In this document: positions 27,194 to 37,076 of the stretch, in pieces
Layout: each line of letters starts with the position of its first letter
Position numbering within the stretch: position 1 is the stretch's first letter
Source: Vicinamibacterales bacterium
Lineage (GTDB): Bacteria; Acidobacteriota; Vicinamibacteria; Vicinamibacterales; UBA8438
Reading direction: 5' to 3'
Length of the DNA: 64,000 bases
Assembly (NCBI GenBank): GCA_965220695.1
Contig: OZ244838.1
Location: 4,547,293 to 4,611,292, forward strand
Notes under the pieces: model-generated
What the model saw: only the letters and a program-made list of their open reading frames with translations
Database searches by the model: none
What the model was told of the DNA's origin: nothing
Translations under genes and position numbers: made by a program

Positions 27194-29965
27194 ATGGGCA
27201 TCAGGATCAACTTCACGATTGTGCGGGCGCTGGCCAAGCGTGATCTGCGGCTGTATTTCAGCAGTCCGTCCGGCTATGTCTTCATCACGCTGTTCATCTT
27301 CCTGAGCGCGGCCGCCGCCTTCTGGCAGGACCGATTCTTCCTCGACAACCTGGCGAATCTCGACCAGCTCAACGGGGTGTTTCCGTTCCTGTTGTTGTTG
27401 TTCGTTCCGGCCCTGACGATGTCGGTCTGGTCCGAAGAGCGGCGGCTGGGCACCGCCGAGCTGCTGTTCACGCTGCCCGCCACCGATCTGGAGATCGTGC
27501 TGGGCAAGTACGCCGCGACCCTCGGCATCTACAGCGCCTCGCTGCTCCTCTCCCTGAGCCACGTGCTGGTCCTGTTCTTCCTTGGCAGTCCGGACATCGG
27601 ACTGATGTTCGGCAACTACGTCGGCTTCTGGCTGGTCGGCGCCGCGCTGATTCCGGTCGGCATGCTCGCGTCGCTGTTGACCGCGAACATGACCGTGGCG
27701 TTCATTCTCGGCGCGGCGTTCTGCGGGGCGGTGATATTCGTCGATACCGTGGCCGGCGCGTTCAGCGCCGATGCCGGCCGGTTCCTGGCGCCGCTCAGCG
27801 TGTTCAGCCCGTTCTGGGATTTCTCGAAGGGCGTGCTCACCCTCTCCGGTCTGCTCGCGTTTTCCTCGGTCGCCGGTTTCTTCCTCTACCTGAACACCCT
27901 GATCGCGAGCCGGCGCCACTGGCCGCGCGAGGCTGACGGTCTGCCGATGTGGTCGCACCACGCCCTCCGCGCGGTGGCGCTGGCCGTGGCGCTGGTCGCC
28001 GCCAATACGCTGATCGCGCGGGCCACCCTGCGACTCGACGTCACGGCCGAACGGTTGTCCTCGGTCAGCGGCGAGACCCGCCGGCTGCTCGCGGAACTGC
28101 CGGACGACCGGCCGGTGTTCATCCAGGCTTTTCTGAGCCCGGTCGTGCCGGAGCCGTTCGTGCAGGCGCGGTCGAACCTCATCGGCATTCTCGACGAGAT
28201 CGACGCGTTGGGCGGCGCGAAGGTCGAAGTGCTGATCGAGGACACCGAACCGTTCACCGCCGCCGCGGTCAACGCGCGCGAGAAGTTCGGGATTCTGCCG
28301 CGCGCGATGCGCGGCGTCGCCGCCGGGCGCGCCGAGATCACCGAGGTCTTTCTCGGCGTGGCCTTCACGGCGGGCGCCGCGCAGCAGGTGATTCCGTTCT
28401 TCGACCGGGGTCTCCCGACCGAATACGAGATCATGCGCACCATCCGGGTCGTCGCCGGCACCGAGCGGAAGCGGGTCGGCGTGGTCGACACGATGGTCAA
28501 GGTCTTCGGCGGCCAGAACCTGACCAGCAATCAGCAGATGCCGCGCTGGTCGGTGGTCGGCGAGCTGCAGAAGCAGTACGAGGTCGTCGAGGTCAACGCC
28601 GAATTTCCGATTCCGCCCGACATCGATGCGCTGCTGGTCGCCCTGCCGTCGTCGATGCAGACCGACCAGATGGCCAACGTGGCGGAGTACATCCGGCAGG
28701 GGCAACCGGCGATGATCCTGGTCGACCCGTTGCCGATGGTGAACCCGCCGCTGGCCCCGACCGAGTGGGTGGGCGACGGCAACCCGTTCACCTATCCACC
28801 CGGGCAGGCACGGCCCGGACCGCGCGGCAACGTGCGTCAGTGGATCACTGATCTCGGCGTCGACTGGGAGCCGACGCGGCTTCTCTGGGACAGCTACAAC
28901 CCGCACCCCGATCTGTCCTACATGCCGTCCGAGGTGGTCTTCCTCGGCACCGGCAACGAGAACCCCGACACGTTCAACCAGGATGCCGACGTGGCGAAGG
29001 ACCTGCAGGAGCTCGTGTTCCTGTATCCGGGTTTCCTGGGACCGGTGGACGACCCTGACGTCGAGTTCGAGCCGTTGCTGCGGACCGGCGCCGTCTCCGG
29101 CCACATGGGATACTTCACGCTCGTCCAGCAAGGGTTCTTCGGCCCGCAGATCAACCCCAACCCGGTGCGCGAGCAGGACGACGAGACCTTCGTGGTTGCG
29201 GCGCGCATCCGGTCGGTCGGGGACGCCGCAGCGTCCGGCGCGGGCGAGACCGCGCCCGCCGAGGACGACGGCGGCGATGAAGCGGAGATCGACGGCGCCG
29301 CGGCGCCGGCCGCTGCCGAGGACGACGGAGGATCGCCGTGGACGACCGACGGACCCCTCGATCTGGTGGTGGTCGCCGATCTCGACTTCATCAGCGAGCA
29401 GTTCTTCCAGATTCGCGAGACGGCGCCGGGGAACCTCAACTTCGACAACGTGACCTTCTTTCTCAACGCGATGGACTCGCTGCTCGAGGACGACTCGTTC
29501 ATCGCGCTGCGCAGCCGGCGCGCGCGGCACCGCACCCTGGAACGGGTCGAGGCGCAGACGGCCGAGTTCGTCGAGCAGCGCACCGTCGACGAGCAGCAGG
29601 CGGAGGAAGAGGCGGACCAGGCGCTGACCGAGGCGCAGAACCGGCTGAACGAGCGGGTGGCCGAGGTGCAGAACCGCACCGACATCGACGCCCAGGCGAA
29701 GCAGATCATGGCGCGCAACCTCGAAGAGGTCGAGAACCGCCGCCTGCAGGTGCTGTCCGCGAACATCCAGACCGAGAAGGAAACCCAGGTCCGCGCGAGT
29801 CTCGAACGGATGGAGACGCAGATACGGCGCATTCAGAGCACCATCAAGACATTTGCCATCCTGTTGCCGCCGGTGCCGGTGTTCGCGCTGGGGGTGATGA
29901 TGCTGGTACGCCGCCAACGCCGCGAGCGCGAGGGCGCCGCCGCGGCCCGGCGATTGAAGGAGTAG
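27194..29965 (+). CDS. fused ABC-2 permease (GldF-like) and GldG-like auxiliary component
   Basis: The N-terminal ~240 aa are polytopic and begin LAKRDLRLYFSSPSGYVFITLFIF. A large extracytoplasmic GldG-like region follows (RLDVTAERLSSVSGETRRLLAELPDDRPVFIQAFLS). The protein ends with a coiled coil and a C-terminal TM helix. Confidence 0.8.
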   Translation: MGIRINFTIVRALAKRDLRLYFSSPSGYVFITLFIFLSAAAAFWQDRFFLDNLANLDQLNGVFPFLLLLFVPALTMSVWSEERRLGTAELLFTLPATDLEIVLGKYAATLGIYSASLLLSLSHVLVLFFLGSPDIGLMFGNYVGFWLVGAALIPVGMLASLLTANMTVAFILGAAFCGAVIFVDTVAGAFSADAGRFLAPLSVFSPFWDFSKGVLTLSGLLAFSSVAGFFLYLNTLIASRRHWPREADGLPMWSHHALRAVALAVALVAANTLIARATLRLDVTAERLSSVSGETRRLLAELPDDRPVFIQAFLSPVVPEPFVQARSNLIGILDEIDALGGAKVEVLIEDTEPFTAAAVNAREKFGILPRAMRGVAAGRAEITEVFLGVAFTAGAAQQVIPFFDRGLPTEYEIMRTIRVVAGTERKRVGVVDTMVKVFGGQNLTSNQQMPRWSVVGELQKQYEVVEVNAEFPIPPDIDALLVALPSSMQTDQMANVAEYIRQGQPAMILVDPLPMVNPPLAPTEWVGDGNPFTYPPGQARPGPRGNVRQWITDLGVDWEPTRLLWDSYNPHPDLSYMPSEVVFLGTGNENPDTFNQDADVAKDLQELVFLYPGFLGPVDDPDVEFEPLLRTGAVSGHMGYFTLVQQGFFGPQINPNPVREQDDETFVVAARIRSVGDAAASGAGETAPAEDDGGDEAEIDGAAAPAAAEDDGGSPWTTDGPLDLVVVADLDFISEQFFQIRETAPGNLNFDNVTFFLNAMDSLLEDDSFIALRSRRARHRTLERVEAQTAEFVEQRTVDEQQAEEEADQALTEAQNRLNERVAEVQNRTDIDAQAKQIMARNLEEVENRRLQVLSANIQTEKETQVRASLERMETQIRRIQSTIKTFAILLPPVPVFALGVMMLVRRQRREREGAAAARRLKE

Positions 29966-30043
29966 TCGGATCGGCCCCGTTGCCACGGCGGCGCCGCGAA
30001 CGAGCACCGTCGGGTCCGCGGCAAGAGACGAGCAGGAACGACC

Positions 30044-31444
30044 ATGAGCGAGCTCAGGAAGACCTCCATGTTCGGTGGCGCGGCTGTGGTGCTGGTCGCG
30101 CTGGCACTGCTGATCACGCCCCGGCGGGCGGCGCCGGACGCGTTCTTCGATGTGGGGGAGACCTTCTTCCCCGACTTTACCGACCCGGAAACGGCGACCA
30201 CGCTCGAGGTGGTCCAGTTCGACGAAGAGACCGCGGCGGCCGCGACCTTCCGTGTGACCAACCGGAACGGTCTGTGGACGATTCCGTCGCATCATGACTA
30301 TCCCGCCGACGGCGAGGAGCGCCTGGCGAACACCGCGGCCGGTGTCATCGCGATCACCAAGGACGACTTCCGCTCGGACAACGTGACCGACCACGAATCG
30401 TTCGGCGTCATCGACCCGCTCGACGAGAGCGTCAGCACCTTGCGGGGGCGGGGGCGCCGGGTGACGTTCAAGGGCGCGAGCGAGCAGGTGCTGGCCGACC
30501 TGGTCATCGGCGACCGGGTCGAAGAGCGGCCCGGGTATCGGTTCGTACGGGTGCCGGACCAGAGCCGGGTCTATGCCGCACAGACCGACATCGGTCTCTC
30601 GACGCAGTTCAACGACTGGATCGAGACCAATCTGCTGGGTGTCGAGCGGGCCGACGTCAAGCGCGTCGTGCTCAACGACTATCAGGTCGACGAGCGCACC
30701 GGGATGGTGCGCCGCCGCGGCGAGTTCTCGGTCGACTGGGTCGAGCAGGACGTCTGGAGCGGCAGCGACGTGCCGGCCGGCAAGGAAGTCGACTATGTGC
30801 AGATGAACCTCCTGGTCGGCGGGCTCATGGGGCTCGAGATCGTCGGCGTGCGGCCGAAGCCGGAGGGGCTGTCAGGCAACCTGCGTCAGGCGTTCGAGGC
30901 GCGCGCGATCACCAACGCCGACGTGCAGACGATGCAGTCGAGGGGGTTCTACGCGACCGTGCAGGGGGACATGCTGTCGAACGAAGGCGAGCTGCTGGTG
31001 CGCACCGAGCTGGGGGTGCTCTACACCCTGCGTTTCGGTGAGATCCTGTTCGGGAGCGGCAACGCGGTCGCGATCGGCGAGGAGGAGCCCGCCGATGGCG
31101 CGGAGGCCGGCGACGAGCCGGGCGCCGGTGAGAACCGCTACGTGCTGATCACCGCCGAGTTCGACGCCGAGGCGCTGCCCGAACCACCGGCGCCGTCGAA
31201 CCGCGATTTCGAGAACAAGGCCGAGACGCAGTGGACCGACGCCGACCGCGCCAACAAGGATGCCGCGGATCTCCACGCCCAATGGGAGCGCCGCACCGCG
31301 GACGGGCGCGAGCGCGCCGGCGAGTTGTCGACCCGTTTCGCCAACTGGTATTACGTCGTGTCGGCCGGCAGCTACAATCGGGTGCACAAGACCCGTGATG
31401 AACTGCTGAAGGACATTGAAGAAGACGAGCCCGCCGAGCCGTAA
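30044..31444 (+). CDS. DUF4340-domain protein (partner of GldFG-like ABC systems)
   Basis: N-terminal TM anchor, then FRVTNRNGLWTIPSHHDYPADGEERLANTAAGVIAI, as in DUF4340 proteins. It lies immediately downstream of the GldFG-like gene. Confidence 0.7.
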   Translation: MSELRKTSMFGGAAVVLVALALLITPRRAAPDAFFDVGETFFPDFTDPETATTLEVVQFDEETAAAATFRVTNRNGLWTIPSHHDYPADGEERLANTAAGVIAITKDDFRSDNVTDHESFGVIDPLDESVSTLRGRGRRVTFKGASEQVLADLVIGDRVEERPGYRFVRVPDQSRVYAAQTDIGLSTQFNDWIETNLLGVERADVKRVVLNDYQVDERTGMVRRRGEFSVDWVEQDVWSGSDVPAGKEVDYVQMNLLVGGLMGLEIVGVRPKPEGLSGNLRQAFEARAITNADVQTMQSRGFYATVQGDMLSNEGELLVRTELGVLYTLRFGEILFGSGNAVAIGEEEPADGAEAGDEPGAGENRYVLITAEFDAEALPEPPAPSNRDFENKAETQWTDADRANKDAADLHAQWERRTADGRERAGELSTRFANWYYVVSAGSYNRVHKTRDELLKDIEEDEPAEP

Positions 31445-31447
31445 CAG

Positions 31448-32851
31448 ATGGGCAAGACACTGCTCCAGAAGGTCTGGGACCTGCACACCGTGCGGGCGTT
31501 GCCGACCGGGCAGACGCAGCTCTTCATCGGGTTGCATCTGATTCACGAGGTGACGACGCCGCAGGCGTTCGACATGCTGCGGTCGCGCGGCATCGGCGTG
31601 GCCTTTCCGGACCGCACCTTCGCGACGACCGACCACATCGTTCCGACCCTCGACCACGCCCGGCCGTTTGAAGACCCGCTGGCCGAGGCGATGCTGTGCG
31701 CGCTCGAGCGGAACTGCGCCGAGTACGACATCCCGTTCTGGAACCTGAACAGCGACCGGCAGGGGATCGTCCACGTCATCGGGCCGGAGCTCGGATTGAC
31801 GCAGCCGGGCATGACGATCGCCTGCGGTGACAGCCACACGTCGACGCACGGCGCGCTCGGCGCGGTCGCGTTCGGCATCGGCACGTCGCAGGTGCGTGAC
31901 GTGCTGGCGGCGCAGTCGCTGGCGTTCGACCCGCTCAAGGTGCGTCGTATCGCCGTCGACGGCGCGTTGACCGAGGGGGTGTTCGCCAAGGACGTCGTGC
32001 TCGAGATCATCCACCGCCTCGGTGTCCAGGGCGGGGTGGGTCACGCCTACGAGTACGGCGGGACCGCGGTCGACCGCATGAGCATCGAGGAACGGCTGAC
32101 CATCTGCAACATGTCAATCGAGGGCGGCGCCCGTGTCGGCTACGTCAACCCGGACCAGACCACCTTCGACTATCTGCGCGGCCGTCCGTTCGCGCCCGAG
32201 GGGGAGGCCTTCGATCGTGCGCTGTCGTGGTGGCGGTCGATCGCCTCGGATGCGGACGCCGACTACGACGACGTGGTCGAGATTGCAGCGGGCGACATCG
32301 AGCCCCGCGTCACCTGGGGCATCAACCCCGGACAGTCCGTGGGGGTCAGCGAACGGATTCCATCGGCCGGCGGCGCGGGGTCGGGCGGCGGCGTCGCCGA
32401 GGCGCTCGAGTTCATGGGGCTGACCGGTGGCGCACCGATCAGGGGCACCAGGGTCGATGTCGCGTTTGTCGGGTCCTGCACGAACTCGCGGTTGTCCGAC
32501 CTGCGTGAAGCGGCGCGCGTCGCCAGGGGGCAGCGTGTGGCCACCCACGTGAAGGCGCTGGTGGTGCCGGGGTCGCAGGCGGTGCAGCGGGCGGCCGAGC
32601 GCGAGGGCCTCGACCAGGTGTTCCGCGATGCCGGCTTCGAATGGCGCGGCGCCGGATGCTCGATGTGCCTGGCGATGAACCCCGACCGGCTCAACGGGCG
32701 CGAGGTGTGCGCCTCGTCGTCGAACCGCAACTTCAAGGGCCGCCAGGGCAGTCCGACCGGCCGCACGCTGCTCATGAGCCCGGCCATGGTGGCCGCCGCC
32801 GCGCTCGCCGGCGAAGTCACCGATGTCCGCGATGTCCTGACCGGCGCCTGA
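31448..32851 (+). CDS. leuC: 3-isopropylmalate dehydratase large subunit
   Basis: [13 protein letters not shown]......[31 protein letters not shown] and the GSCTNSR and GCSMCLAMN cluster ligands. Confidence 0.95.
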   Translation: MGKTLLQKVWDLHTVRALPTGQTQLFIGLHLIHEVTTPQAFDMLRSRGIGVAFPDRTFATTDHIVPTLDHARPFEDPLAEAMLCALERNCAEYDIPFWNLNSDRQGIVHVIGPELGLTQPGMTIACGDSHTSTHGALGAVAFGIGTSQVRDVLAAQSLAFDPLKVRRIAVDGALTEGVFAKDVVLEIIHRLGVQGGVGHAYEYGGTAVDRMSIEERLTICNMSIEGGARVGYVNPDQTTFDYLRGRPFAPEGEAFDRALSWWRSIASDADADYDDVVEIAAGDIEPRVTWGINPGQSVGVSERIPSAGGAGSGGGVAEALEFMGLTGGAPIRGTRVDVAFVGSCTNSRLSDLREAARVARGQRVATHVKALVVPGSQAVQRAAEREGLDQVFRDAGFEWRGAGCSMCLAMNPDRLNGREVCASSSNRNFKGRQGSPTGRTLLMSPAMVAAAALAGEVTDVRDVLTGA

Positions 32852-32892
32852 CGACCGCGGCCCGCAGCCTGCCGCCGGAGAGAGTACCGCTC

Positions 32893-33486
32893 ATGCCCGT
32901 GCACATCGACTGTATCGAAGGCTCCGGCCTGCCGCTGCGGGGCGACAACATCGACACCGACCGCATCATCCCGGCGCGGTTTCTGAAGGCGATCACGTTC
33001 GACGGTCTCGGAGACCACGTGTTCGAGGACGACCGGGCCGCGCTGCCGGGCCACCCGTTCTCGAACCCCGCCTACCGGCAGGCGCGCATCCTGCTGGCCA
33101 ACGACAACTTCGGGTCCGGATCGTCGCGCGAACATGCGCCGCAGGCGCTGAAGCGGTGGGGCATCGAGGCCTGTGTCGGCGAATCGTTTTCCGAGATCTT
33201 CCGGGGCAACGCGCTCGCCATCGGATTGCCCTGCGTCACCGCCTCGCACGACGACGTCGAGCGGCTGATGCGGGTGGTCGAGGATGCTCCGTCGGCGCGG
33301 TTCACGCTGTCGCTGTCCGACCGCACGCTGGGTGTGGACGGCGCGCCGCTCGCCGTCGCGATCGACGACCCGGTCCGCGACGCCTTCCTCACCGGCACCT
33401 GGGACGCCACCGGCATGCTGCTCGACGATTTCGACCTCGTCAGAGGCGTCGCCTCGAGAGTGCCCTACATCCGCGGTTTCTGGTAG
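32893..33486 (+). CDS. leuD: 3-isopropylmalate dehydratase small subunit
   Basis: Start at MPVHIDCIEG. Contains LRGDNIDTDRIIPARFLK, NFGSGSSREHAPQAL and FSEIFRGNA. Confidence 0.9.
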   Translation: MPVHIDCIEGSGLPLRGDNIDTDRIIPARFLKAITFDGLGDHVFEDDRAALPGHPFSNPAYRQARILLANDNFGSGSSREHAPQALKRWGIEACVGESFSEIFRGNALAIGLPCVTASHDDVERLMRVVEDAPSARFTLSLSDRTLGVDGAPLAVAIDDPVRDAFLTGTWDATGMLLDDFDLVRGVASRVPYIRGFW

Positions 33487-33621
33487 GGGCAACCCTTGTG
33501 GTTGCCCTGTTCCCCACGGCACCCCTGTTCCCCCACGGCACCCCGTAGGGGCAACCCTTGTGGTTGCCCTGTTCCCCCACGGCACCCTTGTAGGGGCAAC
33601 CCTTGTGGTTGCCCTGTTCCC
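33483..33621. repeat. tandem palindromic (REP-like) repeat array filling the leuD / lysR convergent intergenic region
   Basis: Three copies of GTAGGGGCAACCCTTGTGGTTGCCCTGTTCCC lie at 33483, 33545 and 33590. Each has an 8-bp stem GGGCAACC/GGTTGCCC and a CTTGT loop. They are interleaved with CCACGGCACCC(C/T)TG units. Confidence 0.8.
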
Positions 33622-33628
33622 GGGTGGG

Positions 33629-34516
33629 CTATCCCTCGGCCGCGTGCGCGCGGGCCGCGTCCAGAAACGCGCCGGCCGCCGGCGACGACTCGCCCGTGCT
33701 GCGATAGACGAGACGCAGGTCGCGCGGCATCCGCAACTCGGGCACCCGCACCGCGGCAAGCTGTTTGCGTGCTATCTCCGACAGCGCGCAGCGGCGCGGC
33801 AGCAGGGCGACGCCCAGCCCCATCTCGACGGCCCGCTTGATGCCGTCGAGACTTGCGAGCGACATCTGAATGTTGATGGGCGCGTGCTTTTCCTCGAACA
33901 GGCGCAGCACGCGTTCCCGTCTGGGCGAGTGGTCGTTGTGCGCGATGATCGTCTGGCGGCCGAACTCCTCCATCGTGATCTGCCGCCGGCGGGCCAGCGG
34001 ATGTTGCGGATGGACCAGCATCACCAGCTCGTCGATGCCCAGAGACACCGACAGCAGTCCGCGCTCGGCCGGTTTGAACGTGACGAACCCGAAGTCGAGG
34101 CTGCGATTCAGGACCTCGCCCGGGATCTGACGCGAGTGCACGCGCCGCATCTCCACCTCGGCGGCCGGATGGGCGCTGCGGAACCGGCTGACGATCGGCA
34201 GCAGCACGTGCACCGCCGGTTCGTTCACGCCGATGACCACCCGGCCGCGCCGGATGCCCTGCAGCTCGCGCACCGCTTCTTCCGCCTCATCCTTCAATCG
34301 CGTCAACCGCTCGGCATAGTCGAGCAGGATGACGCCCGCCTCGGTCAACTGCCCGGTCTTTGACGAGCGGTCGAACAACCGCTCGCCGAGGTCGCGCTCG
34401 AGCCGTCGAATCGCCTGACTGACGGCCGGCTGGGTGCGGTGAAGCCGGGCCGCGGCGCGCGAGAAGCTGCGCTCGGCCGCGACCATTTGAAAGACGTGCA
34501 GCTCGTTCAGTTCCAT
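33629..34516 (-). CDS. LysR-family transcriptional regulator
   Basis: N-terminal HTH MELNELHVFQMVAAERSFSRAAARLHRTQPAVSQAIRRLERDLG..LFDR, plus a C-terminal substrate-binding domain. It is divergent from leuA. Confidence 0.9.
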   Translation of the reverse strand: MELNELHVFQMVAAERSFSRAAARLHRTQPAVSQAIRRLERDLGERLFDRSSKTGQLTEAGVILLDYAERLTRLKDEAEEAVRELQGIRRGRVVIGVNEPAVHVLLPIVSRFRSAHPAAEVEMRRVHSRQIPGEVLNRSLDFGFVTFKPAERGLLSVSLGIDELVMLVHPQHPLARRRQITMEEFGRQTIIAHNDHSPRRERVLRLFEEKHAPINIQMSLASLDGIKRAVEMGLGVALLPRRCALSEIARKQLAAVRVPELRMPRDLRLVYRSTGESSPAAGAFLDAARAHAAEG

Positions 34517-34559
34517 GGCGGCGCCTGCATATAAACAAAGGTAATCAAATGGTAATAAT

Positions 34560-34577
34560 TATAATCTTGACATTATA
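34560..34577. promoter_or_regulatory. AT-rich dyad TATAAT-N6-ATTATA in the lysR / leuA divergent region (candidate LTTR operator/promoter)
   Basis: The only strongly AT-rich stretch in the core part of the window is about 34530-34590. It holds the inverted repeat TATAATCTTGACATTATA, which also contains TTGACA. Confidence 0.3.
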
Positions 34578-34657
34578 TGTCGGCGGGCGTGAAGTGGAAG
34601 GGCGCGCGCAACGATGCACCGGCGCATGCCGAGGCACGGGTTGACAGGAGAGACACC

Positions 34658-35836
34658 GTGGCGGACGACAAGCTGATCATCTTCGACACCACCTTGCGGG
34701 ACGGCGAGCAGGCCCCCGGCTTTTCCATGAACACACCGGAAAAGCTGAGGCTGGCGCGTCAGTTGCAGACCCTGGGCGTGGATATCCTCGAAGCCGGCTT
34801 CCCGATCGCGTCGAGCGACGACGCCGAGGCGGTGCGGCTGATTGCGTGCGAGATCACGGGACCGGTGATCGCAGGGCTCGCCCGCTGCAACCGCGCCGAC
34901 ATCGAGTGCGCCGCCCAGTCGGTCGCGCCCGCCGAGCGCGCCCGGATTCACACGTTCATCGCCACGTCGGATCTGCATCTCGAACGCAAGCTCCGCATTT
35001 CACGCGCCGAGTGCCTGCAGGCCGTGATCGACAACGTGTCGCTCGCACGCGGCTTCACCGACGACGTCGAGTTCTCGGCCGAGGACGCGACCCGCACCGA
35101 TCTCGACTTCCTGTGCACGATTGTCGAGACGGCGATTGACCGCGGCGCCACGACCATCAATCTGCCGGACACCGTCGGCTACAGCACACCGGACGAAATC
35201 GAGCAGTTCTTTTCGACCATCATCGGGCGGGTGCCCAACGCGGACAAGGCGGTCTTCAGCACCCATTGCCACGACGACCTGGGCCTCGCGGTGGCGAACT
35301 CGCTGGCCGCGGTCCGGGGCGGGTGCCGTCAGGTCGAATGCACGGTCAACGGGGTCGGCGAGCGCGCCGGCAACGCGTCGCTGGAGGAGATCGTCATGGT
35401 CACCCGCGTGCGGGGCGACCGCGTGCCGTACACCACGAACATCGAGACCACCGCGCTCTTCCCCACCAGCCAGATGCTGTCAGAGCTGACCCACGAGCCG
35501 GTGCAGGCGAACAAGGCGATCGTCGGCCGCAACGCCTTCGCGCACGAAGCGGGCATCCACCAGGATGGAGTCATCAAGGACCGCCGCACCTACGAGATCA
35601 TGCGTCCGGCCGACGTCGGCGTCGCCCGGTCGACCCTGGTACTGGGCAAGCACTCGGGCCGGCACGCGGTGAAACAGCGCTGCGAGCAATTGGGCTTCGA
35701 GCTGAGCCGCCTCGAGCTCGATCGCGTGTATCGTGCGATGATCGATCTCGCCGACCGGCAGAAGCGCGTCGAGGACAGCGATCTCTCGGCGTTCATCGCC
35801 GAAATCCGGGGGCAGCGGTCGGCCGGCGCCGCGTAA
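34658..35836 (+). CDS. leuA: 2-isopropylmalate synthase-family protein, short form (~392 aa, no C-terminal LeuA regulatory domain)
   Basis: [30 protein letters not shown] and [18 protein letters not shown] form the DRE-TIM HMGL-like core. I place the start at GTG 34658, 6 nt after GGAGAG. The protein ends soon after the catalytic barrel. Confidence 0.75.
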   Translation: MADDKLIIFDTTLRDGEQAPGFSMNTPEKLRLARQLQTLGVDILEAGFPIASSDDAEAVRLIACEITGPVIAGLARCNRADIECAAQSVAPAERARIHTFIATSDLHLERKLRISRAECLQAVIDNVSLARGFTDDVEFSAEDATRTDLDFLCTIVETAIDRGATTINLPDTVGYSTPDEIEQFFSTIIGRVPNADKAVFSTHCHDDLGLAVANSLAAVRGGCRQVECTVNGVGERAGNASLEEIVMVTRVRGDRVPYTTNIETTALFPTSQMLSELTHEPVQANKAIVGRNAFAHEAGIHQDGVIKDRRTYEIMRPADVGVARSTLVLGKHSGRHAVKQRCEQLGFELSRLELDRVYRAMIDLADRQKRVEDSDLSAFIAEIRGQRSAGAA

Positions 35837-35883
35837 CGGTCCCGCGGCCGGCGCACGGCGCTGCATCCCAGGACGCGTCCTCC

Positions 35884-36960
35884 ATGCAATCAACCATCGT
35901 GCTGTTACCGGGTGACGGTATCGGTCCGGAAGTCACCCGCGCGGCCGAACAGGCGCTGCGCGCCGTCGCCGACCGTTTCGGACACACCTTCACGATGTCG
36001 TCGCATCCCATCGGCGGCGCCGCGCTCAGAGCCGGCCAGCCGCCGTTGCCGGACGCCACCCGCGAGGCGTGCCTCGCCGCCGATGCGGTGTTTCTCGGGG
36101 CCGTCGGCGACCCGGCGTTCGACACGGGGTCGAGCGCCGGACGTCCGGAGACGGCGCTGCTGCAACTGCGTCAGGCGCTCGGTCTGTTCGCGAACCTGCG
36201 TCCAGCCAAGGTCTGGCCGGGGCTCGAGGACGGCGCCGCGTTCAAGCCGGAACACGTGACCGGCGCCGACCTGCTCATCGTGCGCGAGCTGACCGGGGGC
36301 ATCTACTACGGCGAACCCCGCGGCGTGGCCGACGACGGCCAGTCGGCGTTCAACACGATGCGCTACTCGCGTGCGGAGATCGAGCGCATCGCCGAGGTCG
36401 CGTTCACGAGCGCGGCCGGCCGCCGCGGTCTGGTCACCTCCGTCGACAAGGCGAACGTGCTCGAAACCTCAAGGCTCTGGCGCGAGGTCGTGACCGAGGT
36501 CGGCGGCCGATACCCGGACGTGCAGCTCCAACATCAATACGTCGACTCGTGCGCACTGCTGCTGGTGACGAACCCGTTGCAGTTCGATGTCGTGCTGTCC
36601 GGCAACCTGTTCGGAGACATCCTCTCCGATGAAGCCGGTGCGGTCGTGGGGTCGCTCGGCCTATTGCCGTCGGCGAGCATAGGTCGGCGCGGAGGCCTGT
36701 TCGAGCCGGTGCACGGCTCGGCGCCGACCCTGGCGGGGAAGGACGTCGCCAATCCGATCGGCGCGATCGCGTCGGCGGCGATGCTGCTGCGGCATGCCCT
36801 CGACGCCGGCCCGGAGGCGGAGGCGGTCGAGCGGGCCATCGGCGGTGCGTTGGGCGCCGGGCACCGGACCGCCGATCTGGTACCGCGGGACAGCGCGGCG
36901 GCGATCGGCGGTTCGACGATGGCGCGGGAAATCTGCGACCGGATCCGCGCCGCGGCGTAA
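35884..36960 (+). CDS. leuB: 3-isopropylmalate dehydrogenase
   Basis: Start at [17 protein letters not shown]. Contains [27 protein letters not shown] and [16 protein letters not shown]. Confidence 0.95.
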   Translation: MQSTIVLLPGDGIGPEVTRAAEQALRAVADRFGHTFTMSSHPIGGAALRAGQPPLPDATREACLAADAVFLGAVGDPAFDTGSSAGRPETALLQLRQALGLFANLRPAKVWPGLEDGAAFKPEHVTGADLLIVRELTGGIYYGEPRGVADDGQSAFNTMRYSRAEIERIAEVAFTSAAGRRGLVTSVDKANVLETSRLWREVVTEVGGRYPDVQLQHQYVDSCALLLVTNPLQFDVVLSGNLFGDILSDEAGAVVGSLGLLPSASIGRRGGLFEPVHGSAPTLAGKDVANPIGAIASAAMLLRHALDAGPEAEAVERAIGGALGAGHRTADLVPRDSAAAIGGSTMAREICDRIRAAA

Positions 36961-37076
36961 ACATTGGACCGCTGACCGCCGTCTACACTGGTGCACAACT
37001 GTCGGCGTGGCGCCACCCAACCGCTCCGCACTCGGCGCGGTCTGTCGTTCATCCGTTGATGTCGGAGCGAGATTTG

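Noticed and set aside
26138-30394. 1418-aa minus-strand ORF, the longest in the track
   Set aside because: It runs antisense to the well-supported GldA-like and GldF/G-like genes. Its composition (R, G, H, D, Q, V runs) is non-protein-like and no domain is recognisable.
33483-33621. Possible CRISPR array
   Set aside because: There are only three repeats, and the spacers are 13-30 nt and themselves repetitive. No cas genes or leader are present. I read it as a REP-like palindromic array.
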